Shown in pieces: positions 26,440-37,924 of a DNA stretch of 64,000 nt. The DNA is from a virus. The position numbers and the translations under genes were made by a program. Below the pieces are notes generated by a model. That model was not told the origin of the DNA. It worked only from the letters and a program-made list of their open reading frames with translations, and did no database searches. The DNA lies in IMG/VR virus record IMGVR_UViG_3300027963_005443; one strand, written 5' to 3'. The stretch's first letter is position 1; each line of letters begins with the position of its first letter.

Positions 26440-27020
26440 TAACCAAGTTTAATAATTTTGTGACTAACCCTAGATAAAAATAAACCAGTTTCAATAATGA
26501 GATTCCCAAGAAACCCTCTTTTTTTAACAAGACAACTTTTTTTACATTCTGATTTGGCTATGTACCAATCTAATTTTTTAAATTCTATATTTTGAAGTTT
26601 TCCGTCAGTGAACTTAGCCATAAATTCTACCCTGCAATCTTTATTTAAATACCCATGCTTTAAATTGTGAATTATAGTATAAAATATAATATAGCCGTGA
26701 TAGTCAGTCTTATAATCTATTAAAGCCAAGGCATCTTCCACACCATTGGCTCTTTCTTTTCCCAGATAATCTAATCCCCAATTATCTTCGTGAAAGTTAA
26801 AGGCGAGTCCCGTGCTAAAAGGGATGGCAGAATCCTGTGCCACTTTTTTAGGATTGGCATCACGAAATAAACAACCATCTTTAGAAATAAGATAGGTAAA
26901 AAGGAGTTTGTCCAAACTTTTTGTCTGAAATACCTCTCTATCCCAATCCACTTTAAAGTCCTTTAATTCGTCGATAATAGGCAATTGCGATTGACAAATT
27001 AAATAGTCAAACATACCCAT
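26430..27020 (-). CDS. Conserved phage hypothetical protein
   Basis: MGMFDYL.C...P...FQTKSL...Y.I...G...F.A.F.DG pattern. Confidence 0.75.
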   Translation of the reverse strand: MGMFDYLICQSQLPIIDELKDFKVDWDREVFQTKSLDKLLFTYLISKDGCLFRDANPKKVAQDSAIPFSTGLAFNFHEDNWGLDYLGKERANGVEDALALIDYKTDYHGYIIFYTIIHNLKHGYLNKDCRVEFMAKFTDGKLQNIEFKKLDWYIAKSECKKSCLVKKRGFLGNLIIETGLFLSRVSHKIIKLGYWI

Positions 27021-27094
27021 AATTAATCCTTTTTTTAACCTTAGATTGGAAAAAAATTATACCAAAAAAATCAGTTTTTTCAATACATATTTAT

Positions 27095-29050
27095 ATGAAT
27101 TTTAAGAATTGGCTAGAGCAAAATATCAATGAGATCAAAAGTCTTGCCGGCATAGAGCCAGAGAGAGACTTATTGTTCAATAATATATTCAAAGATAAAC
27201 TAAGAGTATTGATACCATTGGATTCAAACAGAGAGCTGCAAGAATTGACAAAACTGCTTGAAGATCTGGGTTACATCGTTGATTACGGAGATTTGGTTGA
27301 AAAAAAAATAATCTATAAAAAAATAAGAACAAAAGAAGGCGAAAAAAATAGACCGGAAAAAGTAGGAAAAGCATTGCAGAGCGCAATAAGCTTTAAAACA
27401 CCACTATCAAATAAAGCCGAAGAATTATTAGATTGGTGGCAAAAAAATAGTTCTCATCTTAAAAATTCACAAACAGGTGCAAGCATCATAATAAGCAGAA
27501 GCCCAATTGATCTAGTGAGAATGAGTGACCATGACAATATTACAAGCTGCCATGACCCAAAGAGATCTCATTTTAAATGCGCTAAACAAGAAGCAAGAAC
27601 TGGTGGTGCTATAGCTTATGTTGTTAAGAACTCAGATTTAGCTGGTGTGGATATACAAAAATCTGAATTATTCAAAGACAAAGACAGAAAAATAGACGGA
27701 ATAGTTCCACTTGAAAGATTGAGACTTAGAAGATTTAACAAAGGTGAAATAGATCTGCTGGCCCCCGAGATTAGCACGTATGGCATAGATCATATAGGAT
27801 TTTACGATGCTGTTAAAAACTGGGCCAAATCCGCTCAATCAGATGTTATAAAAGAAATAAACCCAGAAGAAGATTATGATAAGTTTGATCTAAAAGGCGG
27901 AACTTATCAAGACACTCCCGCAGACAAAATTTGGGGAGAATTTTTTGATAAAAAATTTGCTGGCACAAGAAAAACTAGCAAGGATGAAAAAGAAGAACGC
28001 AAAGATCCAACTAGTGCGGATGATATTGAGGAGTTAGCAGAACAACAAATAAGAGAACACAGTGCTAGTTGGAAACATTTTCATGTTTATCATGATGTTA
28101 CCGATGATTTTGACGGAGAAGGCGGAGCATATTTACATTATAGTGCAAGTGTGAGTTTTACAATACCAACTAGGGAAACTACTGATAAATTCGAAAAAGC
28201 AAGAGAAAATTGGAGGGATGGTAGAGATCTAGAAAGTATGATAAGCAGATCAATTGATATATACTCAATAAGTGATATTAATTGGGATGATCATCAACAA
28301 GGCAAAAAAGAATATCACGTAGTAAATCTATCCATAGATGATGAAGATCGTGCAAATGATCAACTCACAGCATTAGAACAATTTTTAGATTACATAGATG
28401 ATCTAGACAAAAACTATGAAACTCATGTTCAAAAAGTTTATGCAAAATTGATAAAAGAGGGTTACATGAAAAGCCCAAAAACTGATTTCGACTTTAAAAA
28501 CTTTGAAGTAGAAATCGATGATGAAGAAGGCGACGTCACAATGTATAGTAGCCCAGAAAAAATAGGTTATCTAAAAGATTATCCAATAGACGGACCAAAT
28601 AGCTCCCCAGTTAAAATTGATCGTGAATACGACATATATCTAGGCGTGCTAAAAGATGAAATCTTTAACAACCCTTCGGTAAAAGCAATCCCATTTATTG
28701 ATCCTAAAAGCATAATTTTGTATATGCCTAAAAACGCCACACAGGGTTGGCACAGTGGAACTAACCGGAAACTAACGGGATATGTTTACGTTAAATTTTC
28801 CAAGAGTTTCCAACACCTAGATTATAACAATAAATCTAAGATAATAGCCCAAATAAAACAACTTGATAAAAATTGGGATGCTTATATGAAGAGATTGAGC
28901 CAAATATTTGATTTAACTGTCAGGGGGGATTTGGCCAAGAGAGACAAAGAATTCAACACTTTGCCAAAGATATTCAAACCAAAACCAGAGTATACACAAA
29001 AAACATTTAGTGATTTTTTACTAAGCAAAAAGGATAAAAATGTCATTTAG
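27095..29050 (+). CDS. Large hypothetical protein with capsid-targeting-like N-terminus
   Basis: MNFKNWLE start; ISRSPIDLVRMSD...TSCH motif; acidic central region. Confidence 0.8.
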   Translation: MNFKNWLEQNINEIKSLAGIEPERDLLFNNIFKDKLRVLIPLDSNRELQELTKLLEDLGYIVDYGDLVEKKIIYKKIRTKEGEKNRPEKVGKALQSAISFKTPLSNKAEELLDWWQKNSSHLKNSQTGASIIISRSPIDLVRMSDHDNITSCHDPKRSHFKCAKQEARTGGAIAYVVKNSDLAGVDIQKSELFKDKDRKIDGIVPLERLRLRRFNKGEIDLLAPEISTYGIDHIGFYDAVKNWAKSAQSDVIKEINPEEDYDKFDLKGGTYQDTPADKIWGEFFDKKFAGTRKTSKDEKEERKDPTSADDIEELAEQQIREHSASWKHFHVYHDVTDDFDGEGGAYLHYSASVSFTIPTRETTDKFEKARENWRDGRDLESMISRSIDIYSISDINWDDHQQGKKEYHVVNLSIDDEDRANDQLTALEQFLDYIDDLDKNYETHVQKVYAKLIKEGYMKSPKTDFDFKNFEVEIDDEEGDVTMYSSPEKIGYLKDYPIDGPNSSPVKIDREYDIYLGVLKDEIFNNPSVKAIPFIDPKSIILYMPKNATQGWHSGTNRKLTGYVYVKFSKSFQHLDYNNKSKIIAQIKQLDKNWDAYMKRLSQIFDLTVRGDLAKRDKEFNTLPKIFKPKPEYTQKTFSDFLLSKKDKNVI

Positions 29051-31289
29051 ATGCAAGGGCCCAAATGGAATTATACAAATAGTAGAATGGTTAAAAATAA
29101 AGAATGCATGGTTGTCTGCTGTGTCTGTCTCCTGTAATCAATCTGAAAAATTGTCACAGCCAGTAAAAAAAGAATGTGATCTATCATTATCCAATAATGA
29201 AATAGAAGAGCTGCAGGAGAGCGGGACCGAGATTGGAACATTGACAGTAGATAAAAATGAAAATGGGGTGTTCACTCTCTATTCTGACTTTGTTGGCCAA
29301 AACGATAATGATAAATTTGTAATAGAAGAAAATAAACTTAAAAGTAATCAAATATTCTACCACAGGCCAGGAATTTCATATAAAGTTGGGGTGAGCTACT
29401 CTGGGACGAAATATAAAACAAGAAAAGAATTTGATATTCTAATAACAAGCTCAAAAGATAATTTAATTCTAGTCGCAGGTACACAGATTCAAGTTTTATC
29501 AAGCGATAATAACGTTGAATTAACTTTTGAAAATATAACCAAAGCAGGTGAGGTAACATTTGAGAAAGTAAGTTCTGAATCTAGTGAGATATCAATTTAC
29601 GATATAAACACCGATGCTGAATTTAGTGGCAATATAACAATTTCATTTAATGATTCCAATATAAATCCAGAAAATGATCCTGCAATAATGCATCTTAAAT
29701 ATTATGAAGAATTGGAAGAAGTTTCTTATGAAGATGTAACTGCAGAAGCGATAGAGGGAAAAATATCAGGCGTTGTGAATTCTTTGAGCCCGTTTATGAT
29801 TGGCTCTTATCCGCCACCTAACGCATGGGGGCCAGGACAAGGACAGTGCGACTTTAGATTAACTGTTACACCACCCGAGCCCTGCCCTGGAAATCAAACC
29901 AGGGGTAACTGGGCGATAACAGAGGATGGAATAGGGCCACCAAGATTGCTTGGCGGAACATGTGGTTGTTGGGAGCCTTCACAGATAACTATTGATCTGA
30001 TACTTGGGGCTGCTTCTGGCGTGTCTGCTGCCAAGGCTGGCATTTGCGCTATAATGAAAAACATATTTGACCTTAAAAGTATAATAAAAGCTTTAATTAC
30101 TATAGTCGATGATGCAATAAATGCAATAAGGGCTTTGGCAAGCAGAATCAATCAATTAAGATCGCAAATGGCAGCTTTAATGGACGATATAAACAATCTT
30201 GTCTCTCAGATAAATGCAGCAATATCCAGAAAAAACAACCTAGATGAACAAATAAATAAACTACGGGAAATAATTAATGAGCTAAGCAAAAGCGGAGTAA
30301 CGATCGATGTAGAAAACGACCCTATTTGGCATGAATTAAATACACTCATAGATGAAGACAATAGAGTGCGTAAAATTATTCTAGAGCGAATGGAAAAAGC
30401 AAAAGATCTGCAACGACAGTATGACGTAAAAGCTGAGGACGTGATTGCGAAAGAAATGGAACTAAGCACTCGAGAATCCATAAAACAGAGTGCCGAAGCC
30501 GATTTATTTATTAAGCAATCTCTACTTGAAATGAATGAAAAAACCTTAGCTACTAGATTACAAGAATTGGCAGCTTCTATTGCACTTCTCTATAGTTATC
30601 TCAATGAGATAAGTGTGCAAAAAACTTGCCCGGAGGGGGAGACCTTGAATCCATTGACTTGCGAGTGTTGCCCAAATTGCACTGGTGGCAAGGTTTTCCC
30701 TAATCCTATGGATGGATGCAATTGTGAATGCCCAGAAGGAAAAGTACCATGTTTTTCTCTTGTGGATGAAAATTGTTACGACCCTTGCCCAGAAGGACAA
30801 ATAAGAGCTGGGTCAAATTGCGAGTGTATTTCCTTGACAACAACTCCAGCGCCGTGTGTAAACACGATCGACTGTGATGGCGAGCTTGTTTGCTGCGATG
30901 TTGGGGAAGGAGTTAAAAGATGTGTGTCAGAAGAGTCTTGTCGGAAAACATTGTGGTGTAACGCATATCATGAACTTGGGAATGAATGCGACTTTTCAGG
31001 AAACGGAAAAACACCAGGCCCAACCCCAGGCTATAATAACCCGGGAGAATATGTTTGGGTTAATACAAATATTTCCTGTTCTGAGCAGTCCTGTGAGAAT
31101 TGCTCTCATTATTGGAACGGCGCCTGGGTCATGGGCTGTGGGGGGTGTACAGGATATCAAATGTTTTATGTTCCTTGTGGGAGCACATCTATTTTCATGG
31201 ATGGGTTCCCCGGATGGAATTGTGCGGCAAGAGAAGTGCCGAATTTTGACTACTGCGATGTCGCAGTAACTTGTTGTCCAGCAAACTAA
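29040..31289 (+). CDS. Putative virion/surface protein: cadherin/Ig-like domains, coiled coil, Cys-rich repeats
   Basis: LSLSNNEIEELQESGTEIGTL (cadherin-like), about 150-aa heptad region, CEC/CP-GQ repeats. Confidence 0.8.
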   Translation: MSFRCKGPNGIIQIVEWLKIKNAWLSAVSVSCNQSEKLSQPVKKECDLSLSNNEIEELQESGTEIGTLTVDKNENGVFTLYSDFVGQNDNDKFVIEENKLKSNQIFYHRPGISYKVGVSYSGTKYKTRKEFDILITSSKDNLILVAGTQIQVLSSDNNVELTFENITKAGEVTFEKVSSESSEISIYDINTDAEFSGNITISFNDSNINPENDPAIMHLKYYEELEEVSYEDVTAEAIEGKISGVVNSLSPFMIGSYPPPNAWGPGQGQCDFRLTVTPPEPCPGNQTRGNWAITEDGIGPPRLLGGTCGCWEPSQITIDLILGAASGVSAAKAGICAIMKNIFDLKSIIKALITIVDDAINAIRALASRINQLRSQMAALMDDINNLVSQINAAISRKNNLDEQINKLREIINELSKSGVTIDVENDPIWHELNTLIDEDNRVRKIILERMEKAKDLQRQYDVKAEDVIAKEMELSTRESIKQSAEADLFIKQSLLEMNEKTLATRLQELAASIALLYSYLNEISVQKTCPEGETLNPLTCECCPNCTGGKVFPNPMDGCNCECPEGKVPCFSLVDENCYDPCPEGQIRAGSNCECISLTTTPAPCVNTIDCDGELVCCDVGEGVKRCVSEESCRKTLWCNAYHELGNECDFSGNGKTPGPTPGYNNPGEYVWVNTNISCSEQSCENCSHYWNGAWVMGCGGCTGYQMFYVPCGSTSIFMDGFPGWNCAAREVPNFDYCDVAVTCCPAN

Positions 31290-31562
31290 TCAATAATTTT
31301 CGTTATATTCATCCAGCTTAAAAACTCTTTTATAAGTATCGAATAATCTTTTATGTTTGAGTTTAATTAAAGAGCTTATGCCAATGGTAATATTTGCTAT
31401 TTCATCTGTGGTGAGGTCCTCATCAATAATACCAATGGCTAACAAATCTAAATCATCACAAATGGTTAAAATATTATTAATCTGTTCTTCTAAATATTGG
31501 TGATCCATTTTATAACCCTTATAATAGGTAACGTTGGCCAAAAATTGATTATAACAAATCAA
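31290..31562 (-). CDS. Hypothetical protein
   Basis: ORF; probable start at MDHQ. Confidence 0.6.
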   Translation of the reverse strand: MICYNQFLANVTYYKGYKMDHQYLEEQINNILTICDDLDLLAIGIIDEDLTTDEIANITIGISSLIKLKHKRLFDTYKRVFKLDEYNENY

Positions 31563-31575
31563 TATTAAATATCAA

Positions 31576-32031
31576 CTACTTACCGCCTAATTTTTCTTCC
31601 AAATATTCCAAAAGCTTATTTGATTTTTCATCATTGTAAAAACAATCTAAATCTGTGCCTGTTATCTCACGATATATTTCTGGGTATGTGTCCCCAAGGA
31701 CATTCATTATTGTCTGCCCTTGTCTAAGATTGTGTTTGGCCAAATATTCATCCACCATGATTTTGAATTCTGGGAACGAGATTCTCTTTAGTTCGGCCTG
31801 TTTCTGTTCGATCCATTTTTCAATGAATTTTTTAAACTCTTCATCTATTTTTTTTGATTTTTGATAACAACCTTTATCTGTTTTTTCGCAATAAAACTCA
31901 GCTTTTTTTCTTAATTTTTTCAATTCGTCTTTTGCATTATTAATAATAAGTGGATATTTATCTTTTATCTCACTATTGTTCTCGCACCACTCTATTAAAC
32001 AATCCAATGGATCAGATAAATGTTTTTGCAT
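31576..32031 (-). CDS. Hypothetical protein
   Basis: SD ggag; LRQGQ..MN.L...PE..D.FY pattern. Confidence 0.7.
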   Translation of the reverse strand: MQKHLSDPLDCLIEWCENNSEIKDKYPLIINNAKDELKKLRKKAEFYCEKTDKGCYQKSKKIDEEFKKFIEKWIEQKQAELKRISFPEFKIMVDEYLAKHNLRQGQTIMNVLGDTYPEIYREITGTDLDCFYNDEKSNKLLEYLEEKLGGK

Positions 32032-32078
32032 AATTTAACTCCACTTTAAATTAAAGTATATACAAAATTTATTCAAAA

Positions 32079-33992
32079 TCAAGAGGGCACAACAAATTGA
32101 GCACCAGTCGAGTATGCCCCTTGTCCTTCAGAGTTAATTGCTGCAACTCTGAATGTATAAGTTGAACCTAACACTAAGCTTGAAACATTTGTTGCATTCA
32201 TCAGACCTCCAGATGCCACTGTTTTATAACTATAATTGATCTGGTCACGAGTATATCTTATAATATAACTATTTATTATTCTGCCTCCGTCTGATAATGG
32301 TACGGCCCAGGTTATGCTAACAGATCCGGCACCGTTTGATCTCACATTTAAATTCGTTGGAGTACCAGGTAAGCCTCCTCTTGTTGAGGTTGGTGTTAAT
32401 GTTGGAGTCGGCGTAAGTGTTAAAGTTGGGGTTTTAGTAAGCTTAATTGTTTTGGTTAATGTTTGAGTGGGAGTAGAAGTTGAGGTGGGCGTATTAGTTA
32501 ACGTGCCGGTATTAGTTGGAGTGGGTGTGCCAGTCCTTGTTGGTGTTTGAGAACTAGTTAGGGTCGGAGTATTGGTTAAAGTTGGGGTTCTGGTCAGGGT
32601 GGGGGTTCGAGAATTGGTGGTTAATGTTGGAGTTTGCGTTACACGTGTCGTCCCAGGTACAGGCCAAACTCGCATCGTTCTGGTTAAGGTTGGGGTTTTT
32701 GTTAATGTAGGGGTTAATGTTGGAGTTCCAGTTAATGTGGGAGTTATAGTTAAAGTCTGGGTTTTTGTTGGAGTCTGGGTAGGCGTTTTGGTTTGGGTTA
32801 GTGTTGGCGTTTTGGTGGGCGTAGGAGTTAAAGTTTTGGTGGGAGTGGGAGTATTTGTTCTAGTGAGTGTTGGTGTGCAAGGATTAACAGATATGGCACT
32901 CGGGAATGGAGAGGTTGTCCTGATTATTGAGTTATTTCTATACACTGATGAGAGGACACCCCTCATTATATCCCTTTGGGATTTGGTAAACATAATCATA
33001 CAAGAGTCATCAACATAATCCATATAATTCATGTATAAACTACCACAGCCCTCGACAAGTGGAAAGAGGCCCGTGTAAAGACCATCGGTGGGATCACCAC
33101 CTGGGCTGCTCGGAAAACAGCCACCTTCTATGTTATTGAAATTAGGGAAAGAAGGGCATTCAAATGAATAGCCTTTTTGAGGCGGCAAATCAAATGGACT
33201 TGCGTCACAAACCCATCGAATATGCTTACCTGCCTCGTCTGTAACCTCGTTGTCGTTCCATGTGTGAGCAAGACCCAACCAGTGCCCAATTTCATGGGTC
33301 AATGTTCGACCTAAACCAAAAAATGTTCTTCCTTTTGGGTCAGTTGTTGGGCTATTGCGGCTGCCCACACTGTAGGATATAGCCACGACACCATCATTTC
33401 TTGCATAATTTGAGCCGTAAATTGAGTAATATGGATAATAAGCATACCCTAAAAGATCGTATCCCGTCGATGAATTACCATCAGAATTATAAGAACAAAC
33501 CCATATATTAAGAGGCTTTATGCCATTGGCAAGCGTTAATATTGGATTTATTCCCCCTTGATTAGAAAATTTCATGCTTTCATGAAGGATCCAATCAGTG
33601 CCAGTTCCGCCAGCTGAGAAAAGCTTGGTTGAACTTGCTCTTCTTATTTGATTTATTTCAAATCTTATTCCTGTTCCACTTGGTAAATAAGGAGCAAAAA
33701 CACAAGGCAAATTAACAACGTCTGGGTTGTTTCCAGAATAATCTAAATTTAACTGATTTACCTGTTCATTTAGTTTTGCATCAGTGACATTTGTCCAAGG
33801 TAAATTAGGATTAGATATTACATTAAAAACTATTGGTATGGTGACAACACTATCTGGGCTGAGAGTGACTTCTAATGCATGAATATTAGATGCTTTAAGA
33901 GTTTTTCTGAGAGTGGGATCTCTCCTAATTATTTCGTCTACTCCACATCTCCTGATGTTCTCGGATATATGGACGATTTTTTCGTTTTCCAT
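32079..33992 (-). CDS. M43 (pappalysin/ulilysin-like) metalloprotease + Thr/Pro linker + Fn3, paralog A
   Basis: RRCG Cys-switch, [17 protein letters not shown] Met-turn, PT repeats, Fn3 (PGTPTNL...W..P..DGG..I..Y...Y.FRVAAIN..G). Confidence 0.92.
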   Translation of the reverse strand: MENEKIVHISENIRRCGVDEIIRRDPTLRKTLKASNIHALEVTLSPDSVVTIPIVFNVISNPNLPWTNVTDAKLNEQVNQLNLDYSGNNPDVVNLPCVFAPYLPSGTGIRFEINQIRRASSTKLFSAGGTGTDWILHESMKFSNQGGINPILTLANGIKPLNIWVCSYNSDGNSSTGYDLLGYAYYPYYSIYGSNYARNDGVVAISYSVGSRNSPTTDPKGRTFFGLGRTLTHEIGHWLGLAHTWNDNEVTDEAGKHIRWVCDASPFDLPPQKGYSFECPSFPNFNNIEGGCFPSSPGGDPTDGLYTGLFPLVEGCGSLYMNYMDYVDDSCMIMFTKSQRDIMRGVLSSVYRNNSIIRTTSPFPSAISVNPCTPTLTRTNTPTPTKTLTPTPTKTPTLTQTKTPTQTPTKTQTLTITPTLTGTPTLTPTLTKTPTLTRTMRVWPVPGTTRVTQTPTLTTNSRTPTLTRTPTLTNTPTLTSSQTPTRTGTPTPTNTGTLTNTPTSTSTPTQTLTKTIKLTKTPTLTLTPTPTLTPTSTRGGLPGTPTNLNVRSNGAGSVSITWAVPLSDGGRIINSYIIRYTRDQINYSYKTVASGGLMNATNVSSLVLGSTYTFRVAAINSEGQGAYSTGAQFVVPS

Positions 33993-34078
33993 AAAATATA
34001 TACGTTTTTTGTTGATTTTTTGTTATAAAACAACAAAAGATACGTCACAAGTAATGAGGGATGTGAATATCCAATATA

Positions 34079-35884
34079 TCAAGAGGTAACAAGAAATTGA
34101 AAACCAGTCGACCATCCCCCTTGTCCTTCAGAGTTAATTGCTGCGACCCTGAATGTATATGTTGAACCCACAACTAAGCTTGAAACTGTTGTTGCATTCA
34201 TCATGCCTGTAGATGCCACTGTTTTATAACTATAATTAACTTGGTCACGGGTATATCTGATAATATAACTATTTATTGTTCTGCCGCCGTCTGATAATGG
34301 TACAGCCCAGGCTATACTAACGGACCCAGCACCGTTTGATCTCACAATTAAATTCGTTGGCGTACCAGGCAAACTTCCTTTTGTTGAGGTTGGTGTCAAC
34401 GTTGGAGTCGGAGTAAGTGTTCTTGTAGTTCTAATTGTTCTTGTTAATGTTTGAGTTGGAGTAGGCGTGGATGTTGGAGTAGATGTTAAAGTTGGAGTAG
34501 GAGTTTTTGTGAGCCTGATAGTTTTAGTTAATGTTGGTGTGGGAGTAGGTGTTGATGTTGGAGTAGATGTTAAAGTTGGAGTAGGAGTTTTTGTGAGCCT
34601 GATAGTTTTAGTTAATGTTGGTGTATTAGTTAATGTTGGAGTGGATGTGCGAGTAGGAGTTAATGTTAGAGTGGATGTACGAGTAGGCGTGGGTGTCTTG
34701 GTGGGCCTTATTGTTTTGGTCAGTGTAATAGTAGGTGTACAAGGCACAGATATAGAGCTCGGGAATGGAGAAGTCACACTGATTATGGATGATTTTCTAA
34801 ACCTTGTCGAAAGGAAACCCCTCATTATGTCTCTTTGGGATTTGGTAAACATAATCATACAAGAATCATCTACATAATCCATGTAATTCATGAATAAAGT
34901 ACCGGAACCTTCAACAAGTGGAAATTTACTTACACCAAGACCGTCAGTGGTATCACCGTTTGGAGAGCTTGGAAAACAAGAGCCCTCCACGGGGTGGCCA
35001 GAAAGATTAGGGAAGGAAGGACAACCATATGATGGACCTTTTTTTGGCGGAATATCATCAGGACTCGAATTGCAAAGCCAACTGACATGGTTGCCTTGGG
35101 CGTCCCTAACCTCGTTGTCATTCCATGTGTGGGCAAGACCCAACCAGTGCCCAATTTCATGGGTTAATGTGCGACCCCTACCAAACGTGCTGGAAGTGCT
35201 ATTTGGAAAAAAGGTTGGACTATTATTGCTTCCAACGCAGTATGGCTGGACAACCACGCCATCATTTCTTAAAAAATCCGCTGAACCATCCTGAAAATCG
35301 GGGAAATAACTATATCCTAGTAAATCCGGATCGCTGCTTATTAGTCCATCATTATTAAAAAGACAAACCCATATATTAAGAGGCTTTATATTATTAGGAA
35401 GTATTAATATCGGATTAAGTCCGGCCGGTTCATACTTCATACTTTCTTGAAGAGCCCAATTGCCAAAAAAGTTGCCGCTCGAAAATATAAGTGTATTTGA
35501 GACTTTTCTTCTTATTTGATTTATTTCAAATCTTATTCCTGTTCCACTTGGTAAATAAGGAGCAAAAACACAAGGCAAATTAACAACATCTGGGTTGTTT
35601 CCGGAATAATCTAAATTTAACTGATTTACTTGTTCATTTAGTTTTGCATCAGTGACATTTGTCCAAGCTAAATTAGGATTAGATATTACATTAAAAACTA
35701 TTGGTATGGTAACAACACTATCTGAGCTTATCGGACCCCTAGATCTTAATGCCTCAATTTGGTTTAAATTTGCAATAAGGCGGGGATCATTTTTAGCCAT
35801 ATAGGCGGCTCCGCATTTTCTTTCTTTGGAGATGCGGATTTCTTTTCCATCAAGCATAGCGATAATTTGTTTGTTGTTTTCCAT
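34079..35884 (-). CDS. M43 metalloprotease + Thr/Pro linker + Fn3, paralog B
   Basis: [21 protein letters not shown], same architecture as paralog A. Confidence 0.92.
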   Translation of the reverse strand: MENNKQIIAMLDGKEIRISKERKCGAAYMAKNDPRLIANLNQIEALRSRGPISSDSVVTIPIVFNVISNPNLAWTNVTDAKLNEQVNQLNLDYSGNNPDVVNLPCVFAPYLPSGTGIRFEINQIRRKVSNTLIFSSGNFFGNWALQESMKYEPAGLNPILILPNNIKPLNIWVCLFNNDGLISSDPDLLGYSYFPDFQDGSADFLRNDGVVVQPYCVGSNNSPTFFPNSTSSTFGRGRTLTHEIGHWLGLAHTWNDNEVRDAQGNHVSWLCNSSPDDIPPKKGPSYGCPSFPNLSGHPVEGSCFPSSPNGDTTDGLGVSKFPLVEGSGTLFMNYMDYVDDSCMIMFTKSQRDIMRGFLSTRFRKSSIISVTSPFPSSISVPCTPTITLTKTIRPTKTPTPTRTSTLTLTPTRTSTPTLTNTPTLTKTIRLTKTPTPTLTSTPTSTPTPTPTLTKTIRLTKTPTPTLTSTPTSTPTPTQTLTRTIRTTRTLTPTPTLTPTSTKGSLPGTPTNLIVRSNGAGSVSIAWAVPLSDGGRTINSYIIRYTRDQVNYSYKTVASTGMMNATTVSSLVVGSTYTFRVAAINSEGQGGWSTGFQFLVTS

Positions 35885-36042
35885 AAAAGTATATATTCTA
35901 ATTTATTGATTTTTAATCAAGTAAACCATACCTATGACCGGGTGGGCCGCTAAATATGACACTCATCGGGCGGCACACAAATGTAATGCAGAATTTATTG
36001 ATTTTTAAATTAACCCATGTATAATACGAAAAAGGAGATATT

Positions 36043-36330
36043 ATGAGCAATTTATACAGGGAAACATTAAACAATATAATTGCGGCTGATGATCTGCATT
36101 GGAATGAAATTGAAAAAAAATATACTGCTTTATCTATGGATGAGCTCGATTCGATACTCTCAAATTGTATTGATCAAGGAATAACCGACGAAGACAGCAT
36201 GATAAAAATTGTTGCATGGGCAACAAACGCCAGAGTGGGAGCCTTATTATTAAAAAACTTTTTAGAAAATAAAGTAAAAATAAGTGTCGACAAAGAAGGC
36301 GAAACATATTTTAATAAAAAAAATAATTAA
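36043..36330 (+). CDS. Hypothetical protein
   Basis: SD aaggag; first gene of the glycosyltransferase operon. Confidence 0.7.
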   Translation: MSNLYRETLNNIIAADDLHWNEIEKKYTALSMDELDSILSNCIDQGITDEDSMIKIVAWATNARVGALLLKNFLENKVKISVDKEGETYFNKKNN

Positions 36331-37265
36331 TGCATATTTTTATAGAAACAAATTTAGATTGGCAATATCCAGCATTAACGGAAAAACAAGCATTCAACAA
36401 TCACATCTATATCAAAGATGAAGAAAATATATACCTAGCTTTTCCATGGGCAACTCTTATCGATAATTTAACTCATTCAAAAGAAGGAATAAACTTAAAA
36501 AAATATAGAGAACTCATATTTGAAAAAATAAAAAAATTCAAAGGTAAAAAAATTCATACGGTTTGTCAGCATATTAGCTGGAGATATATTGAGAATCTTT
36601 GGAAAGAAATAGGAGTGTCAGATGTTCATCTATCACACTGCGAAAAGAACAATCGATCAGACAAATTTAATTTTCATTCCTGGCCATTGATAGCAGTTAA
36701 TTATGAGAACCTAGACCGGCGGGAAGGATTGATAATAAAAAATAATAAAGATAAAAAATATATAACATCTTTTATAGGATCAAATTCAAAACAATACAGG
36801 TCAGATATTAGATTGAAATTAAAAGAATATTTAGAAGGAGTCGATGGAACTCTTTACGAATTAAAAGAAAGATGGTTTTATCACAAAATAGTATATGGAA
36901 AACAAATCAAAAAAGAAGAGCTAGAAGAATCTTATTTAGAGGAATATAAAAAAAACACAAAAAAATACAACGAGATACTATCGGATACAATATTCTCTTT
37001 GTGTCCAGAGGGTACTGGGCCAAATACTCTAAGATTATGGGAGAGTATGTCTATAGGTTCTATACCAGTTATTTTTTCAGATGAGTGGCAGCCTCCGATT
37101 ATAAAAGAATTTAATTGGGAAGATATTGCAGTATTCATAAAGAGAGAAGAGGCTATCAATACATTGGAAATACTAAAATCTTATAATAATGAAAAAATAG
37201 AATTCATGAAAAATAATTGTTTATTAGCTTATTATAAATTTTCAAAAATGAGGTGTTTTGGATGA
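36330..37265 (+). CDS. Exostosin (GT47)-like glycosyltransferase
   Basis: FSLCPEGTGPNTLRLWESMSIGSIPVIFSDEWQPP. Confidence 0.85.
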   Translation: MHIFIETNLDWQYPALTEKQAFNNHIYIKDEENIYLAFPWATLIDNLTHSKEGINLKKYRELIFEKIKKFKGKKIHTVCQHISWRYIENLWKEIGVSDVHLSHCEKNNRSDKFNFHSWPLIAVNYENLDRREGLIIKNNKDKKYITSFIGSNSKQYRSDIRLKLKEYLEGVDGTLYELKERWFYHKIVYGKQIKKEELEESYLEEYKKNTKKYNEILSDTIFSLCPEGTGPNTLRLWESMSIGSIPVIFSDEWQPPIIKEFNWEDIAVFIKREEAINTLEILKSYNNEKIEFMKNNCLLAYYKFSKMRCFG

Positions 37266-37924
37266 AATTAGATTTTTACACCTCGTTTAACCCAAGAGAT
37301 GTTGGGCAACAATATAAGAGCTGGCTACTTTTTGCAAATAAAATATATGCAGTACAGGACCCATCAGAAAACATAGAGGTTAACTGTGAAAAGATATATA
37401 ATAAGGCCGCTGATTTTGATGGAAAAAAATTCCAAAGAATTAGAGATTTAATAAGAATAGGACAAAGCCGGTCAGAATATTTTTGCATAATAAACAGCGA
37501 TATAAAGATTCAGCAAAATCAAGAAAATTGGAATAAGATAACAAGCAAGTTAGATGAAAACTCTATAGTTGTCGGACACAAATATGATTACGACGAAGGA
37601 AAAAACCCAGTTCTAAACTGGCATGGTTTAGATTTCTTTATCTTAAATAAAAAGATTGTTTTTGATAATGATAAGTTCTTAATGGGCCAATGTGCATGGG
37701 ATTGGTATCTGTTATATATATCTACCAAACAAAATCTAGATGTGTACTTAATAGATTTTCCATTTTTATTTCATAAAATGCATAGTCCTTACTGGAATAT
37801 TAATAAGAACAATTATTTAACAGCGCAAGATTGGTTTCAAGAAGCAACAGGCATTGACAGAAAAGAAAAATTCATAAAATTCAATTTAAATAGGTATTTA
37901 ATAAACAAATGCAAAAATATATAA
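37253..37924 (+). CDS. Putative GT-A-fold glycosyltransferase
   Basis: CIINSDI (DxD-like), GLDFFI, AWDW..., FHKMH; sits between glycosyltransferase genes. Confidence 0.6.
   Translation: MFWMKLDFYTSFNPRDVGQQYKSWLLFANKIYAVQDPSENIEVNCEKIYNKAADFDGKKFQRIRDLIRIGQSRSEYFCIINSDIKIQQNQENWNKITSKLDENSIVVGHKYDYDEGKNPVLNWHGLDFFILNKKIVFDNDKFLMGQCAWDWYLLYISTKQNLDVYLIDFPFLFHKMHSPYWNINKNNYLTAQDWFQEATGIDRKEKFIKFNLNRYLINKCKNI

Noticed and set aside
35930-35975. GC-richer intergenic patch with gccgc/gcggc
   Set aside because: Only a 5-bp stem and no recognisable riboswitch consensus; insufficient support
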